From Felis catus (Eukaryota): 64,000 bases of DNA. Made by a program: the position numbers and the translations under genes. The notes under the pieces were generated by a model. The model was not told where the DNA came from and did not search any database. It saw nothing but the letters and a program-made list of their open reading frames with translations. Below, piece after piece: positions 1 through 12,755 of this stretch. The stretch spans positions 29,266,001-29,330,000 of the forward strand of contig NC_058368.1 in the NCBI RefSeq assembly GCF_018350175.1. The letters run 5' to 3'. How positions within the stretch are numbered: the first letter of the stretch is position 1; every line of letters begins with the position of its first letter.

Positions 1-146
1 AATCAAAATATTTTTAAAACATACACCTTGTACAGCTATAAATTACTCAATTTACAAAAAGTGACCAATGGTTTGTTGCCAAACTTACCTTGAGCCAAAT
101 TATTTTTTAGCTACTTAGATCTGGTTCCTTGATTTTAGAGAGGCGT

Positions 147-303
147 GGGGTTCCTGAGTGGCTTGGTCAGTTAAGCGTCCTACTCTTGACTTCAGCTCAG
201 GCCATGATCTCATGGTTCGTGAGTTAAAGCCCACGATGGTCTCTACACTGACAGTGTGGAGCCTGCTTAAGATTCTGTCTTCCTCTCTCTCTGGCCCTCC
301 CTC

Positions 304-342
<39 letters not shown>

Positions 343-347
343 ATAAA
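147..347 (+). mobile_element. Can-SINE
   Basis: tRNA-derived head, (CT)n and A-rich tail. Confidence 0.9.
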
Positions 348-969
348 TTTTTTTTTTTTTAAATTGAAAAGAGACCTCAAGGCTTACCCTCAAACTTCCC
401 TTTAAGCAATGCATTACAAAGCCTCCTAACTTTTATGAGTCCATGTTGTTAGGAGCAGGTGATTTCTTGAATCTACTGTGTACTTTGAGGTCGACCATCA
501 TTTCAGCATCTACTGCAAAGAAAACTCAGCCTTTCTTCTATCTTTTCTACTCCATGACCCTTAGAATGGGAACCGTGTCCCTGCTGGACTTGAAAGTGAG
601 AGCTATAGGTCATTCTTCCATTTTCTCCTTGCACATGGACTCTGAAGAATCACATTTTTTTCTGACCTACTGCTTCTATATAACTCCATTTTTTTACCAT
701 TGGAAGAGAGTAGTACCGTAGGGGTATGACAAAATGTTTGTTCAGGGAAAAGTTACTTTTGTGTGTGTGTGTAAAATTTAACAAATCAAGATGAAGACAA
801 ATTAATATTTTGTGTTTTAAAGCAAGCTTTTTGGTTTTTTATCAGTTAGTGAGTGAAAGTGGGCCTCAGTAATTCTTACACTATATTCCTTCATCATTGT
901 AGATTATGGATAATACCTAATTCTTCCTAATCAGATTTAAGTTTTTACATCAATTTGCATTTAAAAAAA

Positions 970-1189
970 TTTTTTATGTATATTCATTCTTGAGGCAGAG
1001 AGAGAGAGAGAGAGAGAGAGAACACAAGTGGGGGAGGGGCTGAGAGAGAGGGAGACACAGAATCCAAAGTAGGCTCCAGGCTCCGAGCTGTCAGCACAGA
1101 GCCCAACGCGGGGCCTGAACCCACAAACTGCAAGATTGTGACCTGAGCCGAAGTCGGATGCTTATCCAACTGAGCCACCCAGGCGCCCC
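970..1189 (-). mobile_element. Can-SINE (SINEC_Fc-like)
   Basis: Ends ccacccaggcgcccc and contains (GA)n. Confidence 0.92.
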
Positions 1190-1549
1190 TTCATCATTTT
1201 GCATTTTTAAGATTACAGGGTTTTTATTTAACCTTTGATTATATATAATTTCATCTAATCTAAGAACCCATTGATTAAGACATCATGATTTTGTTACTAT
1301 GAACATAGAAAACACTACCAATTAAGCAATGATATGTCAATGAATGTAAGATGCACTTTAATTTCAGAGATGTTAATTTTTTAATGGGCTGTTTTAGAAT
1401 GAAATATGGTATATTTGTTCTCATTTATAATTGAAAATCTTAAATAACATGTAGTTATTTAGCAAACACACATTTAATACCTACTTGGTACCATTGCTAC
1501 TTGGAATTTTGGAACCTTTTTTAGAGTATTAAAACAATACTGAGAAAAG

Positions 1550-1759
1550 TTTTTTACTTATTTATTTTTATTTTAGAAAGAGAGAAAGAGACAGCACAAG
1601 CGGGTGAGGGGGCAGAGAGAGAGAAAGAGAGAGAATCTTAAGCAGACTCCATGCTGGGCATGGAGCCTGACATGGGGCTCGATCCCACAACCCTGGGATC
1701 ATGACCTGAGCAGAAATCAAGAGTCAGGCACTCAACCAACTGAGCCACCCAGGTGCCCC
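1550..1759 (-). mobile_element. Can-SINE (older subfamily)
   Basis: Reverse SINE head, flanked by aaaagtt. Confidence 0.9.
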
Positions 1760-2702
1760 TAAAAGTTATTTTTTTCCAAAGCACTTTTACAGTTTTTTAA
1801 TCATCCTAGTACCTTATTCAACAGCTCTTCTATTATTCAGCATACTTCCCCCGGACCCAGGTCCTCTCTTCCTAGGGGAGTACTTGTGATTAAATACTGG
1901 TCTTTAGAAAGTGTATTAAAATATAAGATCAAGTGATTTCCTTGGGAATCACTGAGCTGGTAAGTAAGAGTTTTAAGCTCAAAGTTCTGACCTGAGCCAC
2001 TGGATGGGAATAGTATTGATGTTTAGGTAGAACTTACTGCCGGTCAGCTGAGAAGAAGAAGAATTTGAAGGAAAGCTTATGAGCATCTAGCCATCTTGAA
2101 ATAAATATTTTCATATCCTTTTAGATGGTGAAAAAGGATACCAGATTCAGGACAGCTGCAGGAAAGTGCCCCAGCCCAAACACAGGGCTGCATGTGACTG
2201 TACAGCAGTCAAGAATAAACTAATAGAGGTGAAACCTAGGTATCCTAGTAAAAGTATTTAGCAGCTGTAGATTGTGGCTTATTTAGAAAGGGCAAAAACA
2301 CAATTTAGAGAGTTAAATTTGGGGGTTTTTTGGAGGGTAGAATTTTACAGAAAATTTTTAAATCTCCAGCAAAATAGTTACGACTGTATCAGTTTAGCTG
2401 GCCTAAGCTAATATGGATTTTGGGTTTTGTGGCTCACCTCTAGTGTACTTGAGAGCAGGATCAGACATAGACCTTCAGAATGGTAGCTGCAAAGTTAAGA
2501 ACAGCACAGCCTGAAGTATCAAGGGTCATTATTTCAGGTCGAGATTCAGGCTAGTAACTGGGCTACACAACAGGCAAAACCCACCCAAATCCAGAAGATG
2601 GCTAACCAAAACATGTATGATCAGATGTGGGATTAGCTGATTTTAGAACCAGGACAACTGAGAAACATTCACTATGGACTCTTCCTTATAAAGAGTTTTA
2701 TA

Positions 2703-2927
2703 GGGGCGCCTGGGTGGCTCGGTCGGTTAAGAGTCTGACTTCGGCTCAGGTCATGATCTCATGGTCCGTGAGTTCGAGCCCCACGTCGGGCTCTGTACTG
2801 ACCGCTCAGAGCCTGGAGCCTGTTTCAGATTCTGTGTCTCCCTCTCTCTCTGCCCCTCCCCTGTTCATGCTCTGTCTCTCCCTCTGTCTCAAAAATAAAT
2901 AAACGTTAAAAAAAATTAAAAAAAAAA
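2703..2927 (+). mobile_element. Can-SINE (SINEC_Fc-like)
   Basis: Full length with TSD aaagagttttata. Confidence 0.95.
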
Positions 2928-2962
2928 GAGTTTTATAGTTTCTTTTCATTAGTTTCTATAAA

Positions 2963-3284
2963 CAATTGACCCTTGAACAACATGGAACAACATGGAAATT
3001 AGGAATGCAACCCCTTGTTGCCAAAAATACACCTATAAATTTGACTCCCCCAAAACTTAATAGCCTATTGTTGACCAGAAACCTTACCAAAAACATAACC
3101 ACATACTCTGTGTTGTATGTATTAAATGCTGCATCCTTACACTAAAGTAAGCTAGCGAAAAGAAAATGTTACTAAGAAAATCATAAAGAAGAGAAAATAT
3201 GTTTACAGTACCATACTATAAAAAAATAAATCTATGTATATACGTGGACTTGTGCAGGTTCAAACCTTGTTCAAGAGGCAACTG
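2963..3284. mobile_element. Tigger2-family non-autonomous DNA transposon (MITE)
   Basis: Terminal inverted repeats caattgacccttgaacaa ... ttgttcaagaggcaactg, followed by TA. Confidence 0.8.
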
Positions 3285-3300
3285 TATCAAGTCATTTTTT

Positions 3301-3699
3301 TTCTTTTCAACTTATGTTTTTAATTCCAGTATAATTAATTTACAGTGTTATATTCGTTTGAAGTATATAATGTAGTAGTTTAACAATTTTATACATTACT
3401 CAACGCTCATCACAATATGTGTATTCTTAATCCCCTTCACCTCTTTCACTCATCCCCTCACCTACTTCCCCCTGCTAACCACCATTTTGTTCTATATATT
3501 TAAGAGTCTATTTTTTTGTGTGTCTCTTTTTTCCTTTGTTTGGTTTGTTAAATTCCACATATGAACAATATCATATGGTATTTGTCTTTCTCTGACTGAC
3601 AGTTCACTTACCATTTGTACCCTCTAGATCCATGTTGTTGCAAATGGCAAGATTTCGTTCTCTTTCTTAATTCTTTTTTATGGCTGAGTAATAGTCCAT

Positions 3700-3744
<45 letters not shown>

Positions 3745-3812
3745 ATAAATGAATATACACAAGCACTCCCCACATCTTCTTTATCCATTCATCTATTGAC
3801 AGACATTCGGGT
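3301..3812 (-). mobile_element. 5'-truncated carnivore L1 3' end containing (CA)n at ~3702-3742
   Basis: L1 3' UTR/ORF2-end sequence in antisense, with TSD-like tgtat(c/a)aagtcattttt on both sides. Confidence 0.85.
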
Positions 3813-4105
3813 TGTATAAAGTCATTTTTAAAACATCAGCTCTGTGTGTATTTGTGGCTTAAAGGGGAAAAGCTGAGTGCTCTTTGACTAAAACAGAATG
3901 GAGCAGCACTGCATGGGGGTAGCAGCAGTTCACTCTGTCGGGCTGTTGTGTGAATCAGCTGGGAGGGAGAAGCAGAGCTGTGGGATGCAGATGCTACTGC
4001 TTCCACTCTTCTCATCTGAAGTATCTCATTCAGATACCTGAATCTAAATGGCCATCTACTGCTGGTTTCTAAAGTATGCTAAGTCTGAAATATTCCTGAG
4101 CTCAA

Positions 4106-4307
4106 GGCACCTGGGTGGCTCAGTCAGTTGAGCATCCAACTCGATTTCGGCTCAGGTCATGATCCCAGGGTCATGGGATCAAGTCCCACATCAGGCTCCA
4201 TGCTGAGCGTGGAGCCTGCTTAAGATTCTCTCCCCTCCACCTCCACTCCCCTGTTTATGGTCTCCCTCCCTCCCTCTCTTTCTCTCTCTCTCTGTCTAAA
4301 ATAAAAA
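4106..4307 (+). mobile_element. Can-SINE
   Basis: SINE head, CT tract and tail, ending ~100 nt upstream of an MTRF1 acceptor. Confidence 0.88.
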
Positions 4308-4406
4308 TATTTTTTTTCCAGTTTTATTAAGATATAATTAACATCTCAGGTCTATCTTAATTTGGCTTCTGGATGCTACAGTTTACCTCTGATTCTCGTT
4401 TTTCAG

Positions 4407-4543
4407 GGCTTGTAGTAGAATGCCAACAAGAACGATCACAGATAAAAAATAAAGAGATAGCTTTGCGTGTGTTGAGAGCTAGACTCTACCAGCAGATTAT
4501 TGAGAAAGACAAATGTCAGCAACAAAGTACTAGAAAACTGCAG
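4407..4543 (+). CDS. MTRF1: MTRF1 (mitochondrial release factor 1) internal coding exon, (G)[45 protein letters not shown]
   Basis: Acceptor tttcag at 4401-4406 and donor cag|gtaaga at 4543/4544. The translation matches the class-I release factor region just after the GGQ loop. The GGQ exon is not seen, so it is presumably upstream of the window. Confidence 0.95.
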
Positions 4544-4748
4544 GTAAGATTTATTTGGTATAATGATACCTCTGCACAAAAAGTCATAATTTTATGTAGA
4601 AAATACAGCGTTTGTTCTTGATCAAATGGGAATATCTGATAGCATAGAGAAACTTGCTTATTTGTAAATAAACAATAATTTTATTGCATATGGACTAGCA
4701 GGTTAGGGCTAAATTTGGATGTGTCAGTTTACAAATGAATACATGAGA

Positions 4749-4957
4749 GGGGCACCTAGGTGGCTCAGTCAGTTAAGCGTCTGACTTCGGCCCAGGTCAT
4801 GATCTCACAGTTCGTGGGTTCAAGTCCCACATCGGGCTCTGTGCTGACAGCTCAGAGCCTGGAACCTGCTTCAGATTCTGTGTCTCCCTCTCTCTGTGTC
4901 CCTCCCTAGCTTTCTCTCTCTCTCTCTGAAAAATAAATAAAACATTTTTTTAAAAAA
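4749..4957 (+). mobile_element. Can-SINE
   Basis: TSD aaatgaata(c/g)atgaga. Confidence 0.92.
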
Positions 4958-5119
4958 TGAATAGATGAGATATGCGTAAACTCCGAATTATTTCCCAGTT
5001 GTTTCCCTCCAGTGTTTGTATCGTGACTATCTTGAGAGGAGATTAGGTTAAAAGATAAAAAAGTTCTCTGGAAATTAGGATAGTTGCAGATTTTTTAATT
5101 TAAAAACCTATGCTTTTTT

Positions 5120-5344
5120 GGGGCGCCTGGGTGGCGCAGTCGGTTAAGCGTCCGACTTCAGCCAGGTCACGATCTCGCGGTCCGTGAGTTCGAGCCCCAC
5201 GTCAGGCTCTGGGCTGATGGCTCAGAGCCTGGAGCCTGTTTCCGATTCTGTGTCTCCCTCTCTCTCTGCCCCTCCCCCGTTCATGCTCTGTCTCTCTCTG
5301 TCCCAAAAATAAATAAACATTGAAAAAAAAATTAAAAAAAAAAA
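5120..5344 (+). mobile_element. Young felid Can-SINE
   Basis: Diagnostic gacttcagccaggtcacgatctcgcgg, CpGs intact, TSD aaaaacctatgcttttt. Confidence 0.96.
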
Positions 5345-6062
5345 CCTATGCTTTTTTAAAAACTCTGTGGGATCAAAAGTAAATGTCACTGCAAAAAACC
5401 TATAATGGTGATTGCTACTGATGGGATGTGGGGTGGGGGTAGAAGAGAGATTTATTGGCCACTATATATACCTTTTGTACTTTCTGAATTTTGTACCATA
5501 TAAATGTATGATATTTATTCAAATATGTAGATAAAGGTTAAACAAAATGAATAAGTGTCATTGATATAAGTAAACAAATTATTGTGGGATTTTAAATCCT
5601 AAAAAAGGTTAAGTTTGTCTTTGAGAGAGGTTGGAAGAGAAAGTGTGCTTTGTATTGTTTGTGGATAGGTACGCTACCCTAAATTGGGAAGGATAATGAA
5701 TTATATAAACTTTAAACATTAATTATTTTTTTTACCTGGTCTCTTCACACTTTTGTCCTTCTAGCTTTCCTTATGCACATTGTAACTTCCAACTAGTAAA
5801 AGTGATGGGATAAATGGGAGAATAATCCTCTCTTTGTGGTAATCCTAGACTGTGGTTCAGGATCAGTATATACATTTGCAGATAGGAATGCTCATTAACA
5901 AACCATTGCTTCTTGGCAAGTAAGTGATAATGTAAACACGATGAATTTTGTGACATTTGGATTAATAAAAGACATTGGGATTTACTTGCTATTTGGCATT
6001 TCAGTACCAAATGTTCACACAGTAATTTTTAAAATGAGTATTTAATATTGGTCTGATACAAA

Positions 6063-6064
<2 letters not shown>

Positions 6065-6100
<36 letters not shown>
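6065..6100. repeat. (GT)n microsatellite
   Basis: Perfect dinucleotide run. Confidence 0.97.
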
Positions 6101-6101
<1 letters not shown>

Positions 6102-6560
6102 TTCAGAAATTTCTGGCTTCAGGCAGCAGAAAAGGCCTCCCAATTAACTTATCCATCTGTGTGAATTTTTTAGTAGGTATTTCTAATGCTTAGAGAAGTT
6201 TTGGTTCAGCTAATATATACAGTAGCTTTTATATGGAAGGCATTATATCAGGTTCTCAACTCTGGCTCCATTTATCACCTAAAGAGCTTTGTAGATCTCT
6301 CAGCCCCCCGCCCCCCACCCAGAGTCTGACATAATTGATTTGGGTGGGATCCTGGGCATTAATATGGTGATAGTAGTTTCCATACCTGGCTGGTTGCAGA
6401 ATGGATGGCCTAGGGAATATTCTAAATCTACATAATCCATGATTCAGTATATCTGAGGTTGGGCTTTAGCATCTTTAATTTTTAAAAATGCTCATGATGG
6501 TCAGCCATATTTAATTTAGTTCCATATCATTTGCCTAAGGGGTTAAGAAAATAAGTTATA

Positions 6561-7082
6561 GGGGCACCTGGGTGATTCATTTGGTCCAACTTTGGCTCAG
6601 GTCATGATCTCACGGTTTGTGGGTTAGAGCCCCACATCAGGCTCTGTGCTGACACCTCAGCCTGGAGCCTGCTTGAGATTCTGTGCCTCCCTCTCTCTCT
6701 GTCCCTTCCCTGCTCACCCTCTGTCTCTCTCTCAAAAATAAATAAACATTAAAAAACATTTTTTGAAAAAAAAGTTACAGAAATGTCTTTTTTTAGTCTT
6801 AAAAAGTGGAAGTGTGTGAGAGGGGGTATTGTGTTGGGGAGGTAGTGTAGGTGAGATTAAGAAGAATGCAAATAACCATGGGGTACCTGACCTGTGGTGG
6901 CCCAGTCGGTTAAGCGTCCGACTTTGGCTCAGGTCATGATCTCACGGTTCGTGGGTTCGAGTCTGGCAGGCTCTGTGCTGACAGCTCAGAGCCTGGAGCC
7001 TGCTTCAGATTCTGTGTCTCCCTCTCTCTGCCCCTCCCCCATTTGCACTCTCTCTCAAAAATAGACAAACATTAAACAAAAA
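6561..7082 (+). mobile_element. Two Can-SINEs (6561-6772 and 6880-7082)
   Basis: SINE heads and tails, each with short TSDs. Confidence 0.9.
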
Positions 7083-7330
7083 TACAAATAACCATAGCAT
7101 AAGGCAAATTGTAGTGTGCTGTGGAGAAGATTCCAAGTGTAAGGAGTTTCAAAGGAGAAAGTTAACGTATTTCAGTCGTTGCTAGCTGGAAAGGTGGGGA
7201 TGATAGAGTGTTTGGGAAGGGCATCCCTTGAGATGATGTTTTAGCTGAGTTGACAGAAATGCACATAATTTTGATATGGTTTAATAAGTGGCATTATAGT
7301 GGGTCACATAGTTTTAAGAAATGATGTCAT

Positions 7331-7550
7331 GGGGCGCCTCAGTGGCGCAGTCGGTTAAGCGTCCGACTTCAACCAGGTCACGATCTCGCGGTCCGTGAGT
7401 TCAAGCCCCGCGTCGGGCTCTGGGCTGATGGCTCGGAGCCTGGAGCCTGTTTCCGATTCTGTGTCTCCCTCTCTCTCTGCCCCTCCCCCGTTCATGCTCT
7501 GTCTCTCTCTGTCCCAAAAATAAATAAAAAAAAATAAAAAAAGAAAAAAA
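7331..7550 (+). mobile_element. Young felid Can-SINE
   Basis: Young-subfamily diagnostics and TSD aagaaatgatgtca. Confidence 0.95.
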
Positions 7551-8002
7551 GAAATGATGTCAGGAAGGTTGGCCACATTATGAGGTACCTTGAATGATGA
7601 ATTGAGTTGTGTCTGCTTAGTAGACAAGAAGAAACCGAAGAAGTAAATTTATCAGAAAACTGTTTTAAGCAGGCTAAGCAGGGCAACACAATGTAAGCAG
7701 AGAAATGGAAGAGGAATCAGGAGATTTTTACAGGAATGAAAGTGAAAATAACAAGCCCTTGAATGATAGAAATGGAAAGGGCAGGATGTAACAGGTGACC
7801 CCTGAAACCATTGGGAATGGGCAGGTAGAGAATACGATGAATTGAAGATGGATTCTCCCCTGGTGTCTGTGTCAAGCTCCCATGAAATGTGAGCTAAGTT
7901 GCGGGATGTCAGAGTTTCCCACTTGGAGCCAAGGGCATGTGGTGGTGGTATTTATAGAACAGGAAGAAGAACTGATTGGGATGCAAAGATAATTTGGTTT
8001 TA

Positions 8003-8445
8003 TTTTTTATTTGTTTTTTTAATGTTTATTTTTTGAGAGAGAGAGAGCGCGAGCGTGAGCAGGGGAGGGGCAGAGAGAGAGGGAGACACAGAATCCGAAG
8101 CAGGCTCCAGGCTCCGAGCTGTCAGCACAGAGCCTGATGCGGGGCTCAAACTCACAAACTGTGAGATCATGACCTGAGCCAAAGTTGGACGCTCAACCGA
8201 CTGAGCCACCCGGGCGCCCTGACCACACATTTTTTTTTTTTCAACGTTTATTTATTTTTGAGACAGAGAGAGACAGAGCACGAACAGGGGAGGGGTAGAG
8301 AGAGAGGGAGACCCAGAATCTGAAGCAGGCTCCAGGCTCCGAGCTGTCAGCACAGAGCCCGATGCGGGGCTCGAACTCACAAGCTGTGAGATCATGACCT
8401 GAGCTGAAGTCAGACACCCAACCGACCGAGCCACCCAGGCGCCCC
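8003..8445 (-). mobile_element. Tandem Can-SINE pair (8003-8219 and 8230-8445) flanked by one TSD
   Basis: caaagataatttggtttta occurs at 7984-8002 and 8445-8463. Confidence 0.93.
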
Positions 8446-8700
8446 AAAGATAATTTGGTTTTAAATATTTGAAGTTTAAAGTACCAAAGAGACATTCATT
8501 CTTATTCCATAACTAAGCTTTACAAACCTGTAGTTTTAAACAGTAAGTTTTGCCCATTCTTGTTCCTTGTCACTTTGTATATATGACTTTTAGAAAAAAT
8601 TGAACCTGTTATAATAGAAAAGTCATTTACAAGTATGTTTCCATTATAATAAAGGTAATTATAAAGTTAAAATATGAATTGCCTTTTTGTTATAACACAG

Positions 8701-8799
8701 GTGGGAACAAGAGCCCAGTCAGAGAGAATTCGGACATATAATTTCACCCAGGATAGAGTCACTGACCACAGGATAGCATATGAAGTTCGTGATATTAAG
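8701..8799 (+). CDS. MTRF1: MTRF1 penultimate coding exon, [33 protein letters not shown]
   Basis: Acceptor acacag ends at 8700 and donor aag|gtaata lies at 8799/8800. The exon is 99 nt, phase 0-0, and carries the hallmark RF1 motif [18 protein letters not shown]. Confidence 0.97.
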
Positions 8800-9064
8800 G
8801 TAATATTACTGAATATGCTTTATGTACTTTGCTTTTCAAAGAAAGTATACTCAAATTCTAGAGAGTTATGTCTAAAATCTTACCAAGTAATTTAAAATCA
8901 TTAAGCCAGTTTAAGATAGTACCCTAAAATTTGCAGATACTTGTATTAGTTTCATGGTAAAAAATGTGGTCTTTATGCCAGTTTCAAACAATTCTCTTTG
9001 AACTCCAGATTCTTTGCTATGCAATCACAGTGTACTAAGGTATATTCAATATGCATGTATACAC

Positions 9065-9440
9065 TGTATCAGTTTCCTGTTGCTGTGTAACAAATTACCA
9101 CAAATTTGGTGGTTTATCTTAATGGTTATATAGGTTAAAAATCTGGACACAACAGAGATGAGTTCAGAGCTCTCAGGTCCAGTTGCTTGCTTGGTGGCCC
9201 TTCCATATGCCCAATCCCACTTTGAATCTTTTGCAGGAATGGCGCAGGCCTTTTTAAGGGCTCATCTGCTTAGGTCAGGCCCATGCCAGTGATACTCCTT
9301 TTGAATGACTCAACGTCAACTGATTAGTCACCTAATCACTGGAGTGATATTCTGTCATATTCACAGCTTCTGCCTTGACATAAGGGAGGGATTTCTGCAA
9401 GTCCTCCACCAGGGGGCATCTTAGAGTTCTGCTTACCACG
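9065..9440 (-). mobile_element. MLT1 (ERVL-MaLR) solo LTR
   Basis: Typical MLT1 ends tgtatcagtttcctgttgctg...aacaaattaccacaaa and catcttagagttctgcttacca. Confidence 0.75.
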
Positions 9441-10951
9441 ATGTATTCTTGTTCATTAGATTCAGGAGTTATAATTATGCTGTTGGGGAAAGACCCTCTC
9501 ATCATGGTTTGAACATTAACCTAACTAAATCCCATTTGGCCGGATCACTGACATAAATCATTAATGATGAAGCACAGGAAGATTCCCCTTTTGCTTCCAC
9601 TGAAGGGGAAAACGAAGTGGTTCTCATAAAGGACTGTGTACAAAAGGCAAGAGATGGAAAGTTCTGATCTTTTTCCTTGATGCCATGTGATATATAAGGC
9701 TTCTTTCATTTGATTCTGTCCCGTTCTATACTCAAAATTAAAGTCCTCATTTTACAAGGGGAAATGTCTGTGTTTTCAAAATATTTAGAAATTTCTGTGT
9801 ATCTTATGCCACTTCCTCTGTCTTCTCAGCAATTTAATACTGTCTTAAATAGGAACATAATAGCCTTGTCAAAAAGGAGAAGATATTTGCTCACTTCCCT
9901 TTCCTCAGGAAACACACAGCAATAACCAAATATGTTTGGCCATATTGTTGTAATTACACCATACTCTTTCATTTGTTTTCTGGTAGTGGTGATGGTTTTT
10001 CCTGAGACAGCTGCATTCTTATGACCAGTAATATTTTTTAGAATAGCCCTTAGGTCCTCAGTTGGTAATCAGTATTGAAACAGGCAAATTAAGTAGCTTT
10101 TATAGTTATAAAATACCTGGCTTTGGCCTGGTTATAATAACTAACATGTTATTACTGACGAAACTAGCATGCCAGACTCCGCAATGTAAGGGAAATTATA
10201 TTTGCGTGCTCTCATTATGACTAACCCACCTATTGGAAAGAAAGAAAACATCCCATATTGGTGAAAGGAGGAAATTTGGAAATGTCACGAAAAAAAATGT
10301 AGTAAAACATTAAAATCTATATGAAGGACAGTAAAGAGACAAGTAGGAGTGAATAATTTAGGAACTGTAAGAGTTGTAGATGAGGCAGGAAAAGTGATTG
10401 AGGGCCTTAATCCGAGGGCAGTAGCCCCAGGACAGAATGGAAGGCGTGGAGGGGAAAGAAAGTGGATGTCTGTGGGACTTAGCTCAGCTAAGCTCAGCTC
10501 TGCTCCTTTATTTTAGAGCCTGACCTCCTTCCATTTACATAGTTCTTGATGAAACTGCTCTGCTCTTACACGATTGAAGACAATAATTGGTTTGTTTGGG
10601 GAGGAAATCCGAACAAGCCCCCACCAATGAGTTCCTTCCTAGCATTTTTAAACCGGAGACAAAGAGGGTTAGTCTCTCTCTTGGCTAAAGCTGAAATATC
10701 TAAGATTTACAAGAGGCTAGAAGCCACATTTCCAAACCATGAGGAGAAGGCAGTGTTCAGTAAGAGATGAAGCTGATGTATTGAAAGGAGCAAAAATAGA
10801 ACTAGATGGAAAGAATCTTGATGATATTAATCCCCGCATTCATTTATTCGTAGGCTGCATTCCCAGGGCGGTGGCACCAGCCTTTACATTCCGATCCTTG
10901 GGTTCTGTGAGATCACCTCATATTCTTAGTGTGAGTTCTCATGTAGGTGAT

Positions 10952-11175
10952 TTTTTTTTTAATTTTTTTTTTCGACTTTTATTTATTTTTGAGACAGAGA
11001 GAGACAGAGCATGAACGGGGGAGGGGCAGAGAGAGAGGGAGACACAGAATCAGAAACAGGCTCCAGGCTCTGAGCCATCAGCCCAGAGCCTGACGCGGGG
11101 CTCGAACTCACGGACCGCGAGATCGTGACCTGGCTGAAGTCGGACGCTTAACCGACTGCGCCACCCAGGCGCCCC
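10952..11175 (-). mobile_element. Young felid Can-SINE
   Basis: Near-consensus reverse copy with TSD aggtgatttt. Confidence 0.96.
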
Positions 11176-11481
11176 AGGTGATTTTGTTTTTATTTTCATT
11201 CATCTAGATAAGAAGCACAGACTACCCTATAATATATTGTTTTATGTTTCTATTGTTTCTCAAAGTCCTTGTGCAAATTCCTGAATATCAACCTATCTCC
11301 TGCCCTGTATTTCCCTTAAACTGAAGATTTTCCCTTGCCCTGAATACTTTGTTTTCATGCCTTTCTTCATCCTCCTTTTGACTGAAATGCTCCTCTCTCT
11401 ATTTAGAGAAATACTATTATCTTTTTAAGATCTAATGCAAATTTTTTCTTCCTGCCTAAACTCTTCCCTGATGCCACCTTC

Positions 11482-11694
11482 TTTTTTTTCTTTTTTAATG
11501 CTTATTAATTTTTGAGAGAGAGACAGAGAGTGAACAGCGGAGGAGCAGAGAGAGAGGGAGACACAGAATGTGAGGCAGGCTCCAGGCCCTGAGCTGTCAG
11601 CGCAGAGCCCGACATGGGGCTCGAACTCACAAGCTGTGAGATCATGACCTGAGCTGAAGTCAGACACTTAACTGACTGAGCCACCCAGGCGCCC
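11482..11694 (-). mobile_element. Can-SINE
   Basis: TSD tgccaccttcttt. Confidence 0.92.
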
Positions 11695-12546
11695 TGCCAC
11701 CTTCTTTTAAAATTAACCTTACAACCCTCAGTTGCTTCCTTGATTTCTTGCTCTGATTGTGGTGCCTCACTCTGTCACTAGATTATGAGCTTCTGGAGGT
11801 TACGAACCACAAGTCATTCATCCTTGTTCTATCTCTAGCACTCTGGTTAATCCAATTGAACTCTACGTGTGATGTGATTATCATTTAAGAGGGATGATCC
11901 TTTTGATACAATTTCCAAATGATGAAATCACCTTGGCAATACCATGATCATTTGAGTTCTGGGCCTGCTAATTTTATAAGCAGTTTCCATATTATGCTCA
12001 AAATGGTTTAAATCTTAATTTAAAAGCTTATCATAGTGCTTTTGCTTTACTTTTAAAGTTTAATTGAGGTTTTAATATATGCTGGTGTTTTGTGGAATGC
12101 AAAGATAGGAAGGCATCGTTCCCCCTATAGTTTAATCGGAGAGATAAATGTATACACTTAACCTAAAATTCAACTTTAAGATCATTCAAGAAAGACCAAA
12201 ATAAGATTAGTTCATACCTACATCAAAACTTTAAATGTTCTGTGTTCCGGATGCTGACATCGAAATGGTTCCATTAGGCCAATGTCTAGATTTTGAACAT
12301 TTCTAAAATATAGGACTCTGCTAATTCACTGTTCCCAACAACTCTGTTACACAGAACTTCTGTAGCACAGGAAAGGTACTGAGTCATTATTTTAGTGACT
12401 TGTAGAGATGAACTGTAGGGAAGACTACAAGGAAGTCTAACTGAACAGTTTTCACCCAATAGACATATTTTGAGGTAAACATAAGAGCATTTATTTTTCT
12501 GAACTTTTTATTTAGAAACTTCAAGTATACTTTGCAGGCTGGTTCA

Positions 12547-12678
12547 AGGGGCGCATGGGTGGCTCAGTTGGTTAGGCGTCCAACCCTGGCTCTGGTCATA
12601 GCTATGGGTTTGAGCCCAGTGTCACAGCTCAGAGCCTGAAGCCTGCTTCTGTCTCTCTCTGCCCCTCCCACATGCATG

Positions 12679-12725
<47 letters not shown>

Positions 12726-12755
12726 CCCTCCTCTCAAAAATAAACATTAAAAAAA
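12547..12755 (+). mobile_element. Degenerate Can-SINE with expanded (CT)n
   Basis: SINE head with internal deletions. Confidence 0.85.

Noticed and set aside
1..4400. MTRF1 GGQ-containing exon
   Set aside because: I found no GAGGQHVN-encoding segment with splice sites, so this stretch appears intronic.
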